Shown here in pieces: positions 34,925 to 43,568 of a DNA stretch of 43,568 bases. The stretch comes from Octopus sinensis (taxonomy: Eukaryota): positions 1 through 43,568 of the forward strand of contig NW_021835407.1 of assembly GCF_006345805.1 (NCBI RefSeq). Direction: 5' to 3'. The notes under the pieces are model-generated. The model ran no database searches. It was not told the DNA's origin and saw nothing but the letters and a program-made list of their open reading frames with translations. Numbering within the stretch: position 1 is the stretch's first letter; each line of letters starts with the position of its first letter. A program made the position numbers and the translations under genes.

Positions 34925-36864
34925 AAAAACATCAGAGAATTCCCAAACATCAAAAGGGGTAGATACAAAAGAGATTGTAAGATTAGCTGCATTGAAGAAA
35001 GTTCGATTCGTGGAGATCCGATGAAAGGTTTTAAACCTATAGAATTTATGCATGTCTACATATAGCTCATATAGAATATTTGATCAAGTTGTGTGAAGGA
35101 ATTTTCGGATACAGTCATGCAAAATTTCTGAAAATCCGAGTAAGAGGCAAAGTGACTGCCATATCATGTAGAGGAAAGTCTGAGTAAAAGCAAAGTGACT
35201 GTCATATCGTGTAGAGGAACAGATTGTTATTGAAATTTACAAGAATCGCAGATAAGTTCGATTTTTTGGAGATCCGATGAAAAAGTCTTGAACTTACAAA
35301 ATATGTGTATGTCCTTATAGTTCATAATCCAGTTTTGTGAAGAGATTTAGGGTACAATCATGCGGAAAATATCAGGGAATCCGAATGAGAAGCAAAATGA
35401 CAGTCTTATATTGTAGCGGTTCAGGTTGTTAATGAATTTATCAAGAATCACAGAAAGAGGAGGAAGGAGGTAGAAATTTAATCAGTTACTGCTATTTAAG
35501 CTGTCAAAGAGAAAGGAAAGGGGAAGCTAAGGGGATGGGCACAAGTTGATACTAACAGAAAAGTCTAAGTTTGTTTAGAACAAAATTCGAACTGAGGTCA
35601 ACAATTTATTTCTTTAATTATAAATGTTACTATTAATAGATTGTCAGGTTACAAAGAGGTCATTAGAAAGGAAAGAAAAATGGGGTTGTTTTTAAATGAA
35701 ATTAAACAATTATACTATACTATAATACACTACACTATATTATATTATATTATTTTGATATATTATATCACATCACAATACACTACGATAGGTCGGATTA
35801 GCAGAATTAATTTTCAGTGTTAAAAGAAATTAAGAGATTTAACTAACTAATATTTGTAATGGGTTTTAAGAAATTAAGAGATTTAACTAACTAATATTTG
35901 TAATGGGTTTTAACCCATTACAAATATTAGTTAGTTAAATCTCTTAATTTCTTTTACACTAAAAATTAATTCTGCTAATCCCAGACCTATCGTAGAGTAT
36001 TGTGATGTGATATAATATATCAAAATAATATAATATAATATAGTGTAGTGTATTATAGTATAGTATAATAATAATATAATTGTTTAATTTCATTTAAAAG
36101 CAACCCCATTTTTCTTTCCTTTCTAATGGCCTCTTTGTAACCTGACAATCTATTAATAGTAACATTTATAATTAAAGAAATAAATTGTTGACCTCAGTTC
36201 GAATTTTGTTCTAAACAAACTTAGACTTTTCTGTTAGTATCAACTTGTGCCCATCCCCTTAGCTTCCCCTTTCCTTTCTCTTTGACAGCTTAAATAGCAG
36301 TAACTGATTAAATTTCTACCTCCTTCCTCCTCTTTCTGTGATTCTTGATAAATTCATTAACAACCTGAACCGCTACAATATAAGACTGTCATTTTGCTTC
36401 TCATTCGGATTCCCTGATATTTTTCGCATGATTGTAACCTAAATCTCTTCACAAAACTGGATTATGAACTATAAGGACATACACATATTTTGTAAGTTCA
36501 AGACTTTTTCATCGGATCTCCAAAAAATCGAACTTATCTGCGATTCTTGTAAATTTCAATAACAATCTGTTCCTCTACACGATATGACAGTCACTTTACT
36601 TTTACTCAGACTTTCCTCTACATGATATGGCAGTCACTTTGCCTCTTACTCGGATTTTCAGAAATTTTGCATGACTGTATCCGAAAATTCCTTCACACAA
36701 CTTGATCAAATATTCAATATGAGCTATATGTAGACATGCATAAATTCTATAGGTTTAAAACCTTTCATCGGATCTCCACGAATCGAACTTTCTTCAATGC
36801 AGCTAATCTTACAATCTCTTTTGTATCTACCCCTTTTGATGTTTGGAAATTCTCTGATGTTTTT

Positions 36865-36948
36865 TCGGCTGACGAGTACGAGCCATCTGTATTCACTGCA
36901 TTTTTTGTAGCTTATTAAAGATGTCCTCGTACGAAACGATCGTACCGA
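36865..36948 (+). ncRNA. Type I hammerhead ribozyme (canonical)
   Basis: TCGG-CTGACGA-GTACGAG(cCATCT..AGATGtc)CTCGTAC-GAAAC-GATC-GTA-CCGA. Stem II is a perfect 7 bp, loop III is palindromic, and the predicted cleavage is after A36944. Confidence 0.88.
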
Positions 36949-36980
36949 GATTTTAATCCATTCTTGTTGCTTTTTTCCTA

Positions 36981-37088
36981 TATATATATATTATATATAT
37001 ATATATATTCACACTGTTCAAAAAGTCTCTCCACAGTGAATTTTATATAATATAACATACACAGTGTTCAAAAGGTCTCTCGACAGTA

Positions 37089-37133
<45 letters not shown>

Positions 37134-37224
37134 ATATACATACACAGTGTTCAAAAAGTCTCTCCACAGTGAATTTTTTTTCTCTCTCTCTATCTCTCTC
37201 TCTCTCTCTCTCCTCAGTGAATTT

Positions 37225-37264
<40 letters not shown>

Positions 37265-37346
37265 TATACACACAGTGTTCAAAAATCTTTCCACAGTGAA
37301 TTTTTATATACATATATCTATATTATATAGATAATATATGAATTTA

Positions 37347-37379
<33 letters not shown>

Positions 37380-37437
37380 ATATATATTATATATATATAT
37401 ATACAGAGTGTTCAAAAAGTCTTTCCACAGCGAATTT

Positions 37438-37468
<31 letters not shown>

Positions 37469-37470
37469 GT
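36981..37470 (+). repeat. Cluster of ~6 TIR-like units; duplicate of ~34250-34690
   Basis: It has the same unit order and variants (AAGGTCT..CGACAGTAAAT; (CT)n; GTCTTTCCACAGCG). Confidence 0.9.
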
Positions 37471-37621
37471 ACGGTTAAGTAATTGAGATTCTAGTGAATT
37501 CTAAAGAATTCACTTGAATATGGTCCTATAACTAGGATGCACCGAAATCTATATGGTGTTAACCATACGACAAGTGGGGTGATTACAAATAGGAAAAAAG
37601 CAACAAGAATGGATTAAAATC

Positions 37622-37705
37622 TCGGTACGATCGTTTCGTACGAGGACATCTTTAATAAGCTACAAGAAATGCAGTGAATACAGATGGCTCGTACTCGTCA
37701 GCCGA
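37622..37705 (-). ncRNA. Type I hammerhead ribozyme (canonical)
   Basis: Identical by eye to 34841-34924. Confidence 0.85.
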
Positions 37706-39645
37706 AAAAACATCAGAGAATTCCCAAACATCAAAAGGGGTAGATACAAAGAGATTGTAAGATTAGCTGCATTGAAGAAAGTTCGATTCGTGGAGATCCG
37801 ATGAAAGGTTTTAAACCTATAGAATTTATGCATGTCTACATATAGCTCATATAGAATATTTGATCAAGTTGTGTGAAGGAATTTTCGGATACAGTCATGC
37901 AAAATTTCTGAAAATCCGAGTAAGAGGCAAAGTGACTGCCATATCATGTAGAGGAAAGTCTGAGTAAAAGCAAAGTGACTGTCATATCGTGTAGAGGAAC
38001 AGATTGTTATTGAAATTTACAAGAATCGCAGATAAGTTCGATTTTTTGGAGATCCGATGAAAAAGTCTTGAACTTACAAAATATGTGTATGTCCTTATAG
38101 TTCATAATCCAGTTTTGTGAAGAGATTTAGGTACAATCATGCGGAAAATATCAGGGAATCCGAATGAGAAGCAAAATGACAGTCTTATATTGTAGCGGTT
38201 CAGGTTGTTAATGAATTTATCAAGAATCACAGAAAGAGGAGGAAGGAGGTAGAAATTTAATCAGTTACTGCTATTTAAGCTGTCAAAGAGAAAGGAAAGG
38301 GGAAGCTAAGGGGATGGGCACAAGTTGATACTAACAGAAAAGTCTAAGTTTGTTTAGAACAAAATTCGAACTGAGGTCAACAAATTATTTCTTTAATTAT
38401 AAATGTTACTATTAATAGATTGTCAGGTTACAAAGAGGTCATTAGAAAGGAAAGAAAAATGGGGTTGTTTTTAAATGAAATTAAACAATTATACTATACT
38501 ATAATACACTACACTATATTATATTATATTATTTTGATATATTATATCACATCACAATACACTACGATAGGTCTGGGATTAGCAGAATTAATTTTCAGTG
38601 TAAAAGAAATTAAGAGATTTAACTAACTAATATTTGTAATGGGTTTTAAGAAATTAAGAGATTTAACTAACTAATATTTGTAATGGGTTTTAACCCATTA
38701 CAAATATTAGTTAGTTAAATCTCTTAATTTCTTTTACACTAAAAATTAATTCTGCTAATCCCAGACCTATCGTAGAGTATTGTGATGTGATATAATATAT
38801 CAAAATAATATAATATAATATAGTGTAGTGTATTATAGTATAGTATAATAATAATATAATTGTTTAATTTCATTTAAAAGCAACCCCATTTTTCTTTCCT
38901 TTCTAATGGCCTCTTTGTAACCTGACAATCTATTAATAGTAACATTTATAATTAAAGAAATAAATTGTTGACCTCAGTTCAAATTGTTTCTAAACAAACT
39001 TAGACTTTTCTGTTAGTATCAACTTGTGCCCATCCCCTTAGCTTCCCCTTTCTCCTTTCTTTGACAGCTTAAATAGCAGTAACTGATTAAATTTCTACCT
39101 CCTTCCTCCTCTTTCTGTGATTCTTGATAAATTCATTAACACCTGAACCGCTACAATATAAGACTGTCATTTTGCTTCTCATTCGGATTCCCTGATATTT
39201 TTCGCATGATTGTAACCTAAATCTCTCACAAAACTGGATTATGAACTATAAGGACTACACATATTTTGTAAGTTCAAGACTTTTTCATCGGATCTCCAAA
39301 AAATCGAACTTATCTGCGATTCTTGTAAATTTAAATAACAATCTTCGTTTCCTCTACATTATATGACAGTCACTTTACTTTTACTCAGACTTTCCTCTAC
39401 ATGATATGGCAGTCACTTTGCCTCTTACTCGGATTTTCAGAAATTTTGCATGACTGTATCCGAAAATTCCTTCACACAACTTGATCAAATATTCAATATG
39501 AGCTATATGTAGACATGCATAAATTCTATAGGTTTAAAACCTTTCATCGGATCTCTCCACGAATCGAACTTTCTTCAATGCAGCTAATCTTACAATATCT
39601 TTTGTATCTACCCCTTTTGATGTTTGGAAATTCTCTGATGTTTTT

Positions 39646-39731
39646 TCGGCTGACAAGTACGAGCCATCTGTATTCACTGCATTTTTTGTAGCTTATTAAA
39701 GATGTCCTCGTCGACGAAACGATCGTACCGA
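39646..39731 (+). ncRNA. Mutated hammerhead copy
   Basis: The core reads CTGACAA (G>A) and there is a 2-nt insertion in stem II (CTCGTCGAC), so it is predicted inactive. Confidence 0.7.
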
Positions 39732-39761
39732 GATTTTAATCCATTCTTGTTGCTTTGCTAT

Positions 39762-39763
39762 AG

Positions 39764-39811
<48 letters not shown>

Positions 39812-39854
39812 GTATATTCACACTGTTCAAAAAGTCTCTCCACAGTGTATATAT

Positions 39855-39904
<50 letters not shown>

Positions 39905-39910
39905 ATTATA
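39762..39910 (+). repeat. (AT)n with one TIR-like unit
   Basis: CACACTGTTCAAAAAGTCTCTCCACAGTG at ~39819. Confidence 0.85.
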
Positions 39911-39917
39911 TAGAAGG

Positions 39918-39968
39918 AGCTTCTACAGGACTAGAACTGTTTCATTCAAGAGAAATCTTCAGGAAGCT
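39918..39968 (-). ncRNA. Type I hammerhead ribozyme motif
   Basis: Minus strand: AGCTTC-CTGAAGA-TTTC-tctt-GAAT-GAAACAG-ttctagtc-CTGTA-GAAGCT. Stem I is 6 bp, stem III is 4 bp, the triplet is GUA, and there is a U.U pair at the base of stem II. Confidence 0.7.
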
Positions 39969-40189
39969 AGTTAACAAGAATTGTATTGGCATTTATACAT
40001 TTAGGCAGGTTTTAAAGGGGTGGTGGTGGGGGACTTTTTGGGGGTAGGCATAGCGCAAAATATCATACTTTGGGGAGTGGTCAAGGAGTCAGTGGTAAAT
40101 TAGATAAAAGAATAAATAAAAAAATAAAAAAATATATATAAAAAAGAATAGAGTTTTAGGTAAATAAGGAGATTCTCACTTATACCTAT

Positions 40190-40508
40190 ACACATATGTA
40201 TACATATATACACGCACATACATACATATATACATACACACATACATACACACACACATATACATATATATACACATACACATACATATACATATCTACA
40301 CATACACACACATATATATATATATATACATACACTCACTCACATGCATACACGTATACACACATGTATATATACACAAACGACCACACATACATATACA
40401 CACAGAAAAATATATATACATACACACATACACACATGCACACACAGCACACTAGTCCCTATATACACATATATACACATACACACATATATATACATAC
40501 ACATACAT

Positions 40509-40548
<40 letters not shown>

Positions 40549-41570
40549 GTGTACCTATACATACCTACACATACACACATATATATACATACAAATACAG
40601 ACCCATTCCCTAATTTTAATTTTATTATCTTCATTTATTACTTTTGTTATCTTTGACCGCTGGTCCCAAGGATCTTGGCTATAACAGCAAGTCCATTTAT
40701 CTGTCTACTTGAAAACAAGCACTCATTCACGCACGCACACTCATTAGCACGTACACTCACTCATTCGTACACTCATACACATACACGCACGCACGCGTTA
40801 TATTCATACATACATACATCTACATACATTCACGTATATACACATACGTACGCGTACCTACAGATTCATGTCTACACTCTTAGAAGGCTAGTCTATACAT
40901 ATACACCAATAAATATATATATATACACACATACACATACACCTACATACAAATACACACACATATATATATATATACATATATATATATACATACATAT
41001 ATATACACATATATATACATATATATATATATACACAAATATATACACACATATATACACACATACACATACATACATATACACACATACACATACATAC
41101 GTATACATACATACATACATCCATACATCCATACATACATACATTTATACACATACACACACCCATATATATATATATATACACACACATACATACATAT
41201 ACATACATACATATACAAATATACGCACACACATACATACATACACATATACACATACACGCACATACACATGTACATGCGTACCCATACACACACACAC
41301 ACACGCGCATCCATATTTACACACACACACATATACATGTGTGCAAACATACATACATACTCATACACGCACACACACACTTACATATACATATATGCAC
41401 ACACTTACACACATATATACATACACATATACATACATACATACATACATATATGCATACATACACACACACATATATATATATACATACACATACACAT
41501 ACCTATACATATATATACACACATATATATACACATGCACATACTTATATCTCTACATACTCGCATATAC

Positions 41571-41602
<32 letters not shown>

Positions 41603-41822
41603 ATATACCTATATACATGTATATATACACACACATATATATATACACATCTACAATTTGTATCTACACTCACATACATGCACATACACATAACTCTACA
41701 TACCTACATATACATCGACATACTCGCGTACACTCATATATATACACATATCTACATATACACACACACATACATATACATATACACATATATATATATA
41801 AATATATACATAATACACATAT

Positions 41823-41875
<53 letters not shown>

Positions 41876-42470
41876 TACATATATATATATACATACATAC
41901 ACATATATATACATACATACACATATATATACATACATACACATATACATACATGTACATATATATATACACATATACATATATATACACACACATACAT
42001 ATATCAACAATTGAGGGTAAAGTTAATTAGTTATTAATCAATTTCACCAAGTATTCAGTATGTAAAAGGACCATTATTATTTTGAGTAAACAATGTCTGA
42101 GGGAAAATATTCTCTAAGTAGTGGAAGAGGCTAAAAAAAACTTTTTTGGCTGCTATTTCTAGAAAGTTCAGTATGTGGCAAAGTAATTTATTTTACTAAG
42201 CCCTAATTATATAATATTTTATACATACATACACATACATACACACATACATATACACATACATATGCATACACCACATATATATACATACATACATAAC
42301 ATATATACATATATCATATATACACACACACACACACACGCACATACATATATATATATATTATATTTTTACATACATACACAACACACACATAATACAT
42401 GCGTATATTCCTACTATACCCATACATTTCTATACATATATACGATACACATATACAAGCGTGCACATAC
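40190..42470. repeat. Compound (CA)/(TA)/(CATA) microsatellite-rich region
   Basis: Seen directly in the sequence; it is interrupted by short unique islands at ~40600-40900 and ~42005-42220. Confidence 0.9.
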
Positions 42471-42597
42471 AATATGTGAAAGGTCTTAGGAGAAAAGGTA
42501 ATCGGGGGTGCTAGGGGAACGGTGGGATTGGGGGGGTTTTGTGGGTGGGGTGTCATCAATCTGGTTGCCGGGTAGGTCTATAGTTCTTGTAGTTCGC

Positions 42598-43568
42598 TTA
42601 CTTCTTATGCATGCAATTTGGGGAGTGTTCTGAGAATTTGTTAAGGAGAGGCCCTTTGGCGAACAAGATCTCTAGGCTCTCCGATATGCAGAGGTCACAG
42701 CAGGTATGGCCTCCTGTGTACGAGCGCGCCTTCTGTAGTAGTTTCCACTTGGTCTTGAAGGGGATTGAGTTCCTTTTAAGGTACCAGATGTGGGCGGCGA
42801 GGGTAGTTTGGTTGGATTTATCCTGTCGCCGGAACGAGTGTGTGTGTGCGTACCAACGGGTCTTAAAGCTGTTTGACGTCATTCCGATGTAGGATTTTCT
42901 TTTATCGTCAGGGCCTGATCTTACCTCGCATGTATATACTAGGTCCCTCTGTAGGCAGTTGTTGTTGAGGGGGCAGGTGGTTTTATCAGGGCAGGTTGTA
43001 ATTGCTATCGGACGTTGGATGGGCCTCGGAAAAAGTAGATATGTTAAGTTTTTTCACATTGTTGTTGGCTAGGTTCCTGGCTAGATTGGGCGTGGTAGAG
43101 TAGGAGAGTCTAATAGTGTTCTTATTTAGGATAGTGTAGTACTTATGTTGGGTGGGGAAGTGTTTCTGTAGGAGAGTGAAGAAGATTTTAGCTACAGGTG
43201 TAGCGACCTCACGGTTGAAGGGGGGGTTGTACCAGCTAATGTGTCTTCGTCTATTTTTCCTGGGTTGGCGTGGGGCTATACTAGTATAGGTAATCTTATC
43301 TTTAAAGCCACTGCGGGCCAGGGCCTCGTTGTAATAGGGGGCTGCGGCCTTAAAGATATCTTCCGTGGCGGACAGGCTAGAAATTCTAATTGAGACACTT
43401 TTTACTAGGTTATCTAATATATTTTTGGGGTGGTTGGAATTAATATCTATATATCTAAGGGATTCATTCGGTTTGTGGTACGGGTAATAAAGTGAGGTTT
43501 TTAAGTCGAGGGTGACATCAAGGAAGTTAGCTTTTGTTAAGTTGGATTCTAAGGTAATCCTAAGGCCT
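42598..43568 (-). pseudogene. PLE RT C-terminus and GIY-YIG endonuclease (one frameshift near 43000)
   Basis: ANFLDVTLDL, YHKPNESLRYIDINSNHP, ISWYNPPF, RLSYSTTPN, CPDKTTCPLNNNC, LVYTCEV...SYIGMTSNSFKTRWYAHTHSF, LAAHIW, CCDLCISE. Confidence 0.9.

Larger units (their letters stand above)
34690..36980. mobile_element. 2.2-kb ORF-less palindromic element with an HHR near each tip (copy 1)
   Basis: The arms are 34809-35909 and 35912-36980, with the axis GGGTT-TT-AACCC at 35905-35916. There are about 11 substitutions and a few indels between the arms, and a 120-bp unmirrored left extension. Confidence 0.9.
37471..39760. mobile_element. Palindromic HHR element, copy 2 (tandem duplicate, period 2781 bp)
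   Basis: It is collinear with copy 1, with the axis at 38690/38691. Confidence 0.9.
39912..43568 (-). mobile_element. PLE of a second lineage (W.NPP / CPL..C type), running off the window end, with a long microsatellite-rich 3' region ending at an HHR
   Basis: See the ORF and HHR entries. Linking the HHR to this ORF is an inference from orientation and from the parallel layout at 21500-25404. Confidence 0.7.

Noticed and set aside
34904-34963. ATGGCTCGTACTCGTCAG reads MARTRQ, like the histone H3 N-terminus
   Set aside because: The similarity ends after 6 codons, a stop follows within ~20 codons, and the bases are the antisense of the HHR core and stem II.
34809-36980. A-to-I editing signature fixed between the palindrome arms
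   Set aside because: The ~11 arm differences include transitions in both directions and several transversions, with no visible A>G bias.
40100-42560. Long His/Thr/Tyr/Ile- and Val/Cys/Tyr-rich ORFs (up to 451 aa)
   Set aside because: They are translations of CA/TA microsatellites that lack stop codons, and are open in several frames on both strands. The same applies to the IYIYI ORFs in all (AT)n clusters and the ORFs at 22667-23888.

Overview
This is an AT-rich, gene-free eukaryotic repeat region. The host is probably an octopod or other coleoid cephalopod; that is an inference from microsatellite density and from LINE 3' tails (CAGCATGGCCGC...GCTGAAAC) that I recall from octopus SINE/LINE tails. 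I found no host protein gene, rRNA, tRNA or CRISPR array. The backbone is about 65-70 copies (counted by eye) of a ~35-bp unit, TACACAGTGTTCAAAAAGTCTCTCCACAGTGAATTTT, separated by (AT)n and almost all facing the same way; it resembles a Tc1/mariner terminal inverted repeat (TIR). The array is broken up by decayed retroelements: five CR1/L2-group LINE pieces (one near full-length, with an ORF1 carrying a Myb/SANT-like domain and a CCCH finger), two RTE LINEs, and six Penelope-like element (PLE) coding pieces from at least two lineages. The most striking hidden layer is 12 type-I hammerhead ribozyme (HHR) motifs from about 7 unrelated sequence families. Several sit at the outer tips of head-to-head fold-back structures (0.5 kb, two of 2.2 kb, 5.2 kb), some with no ORF at all, and one lies in a 545-bp retrozyme-like unit. 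All structures were read by eye; none were computed or searched against databases.
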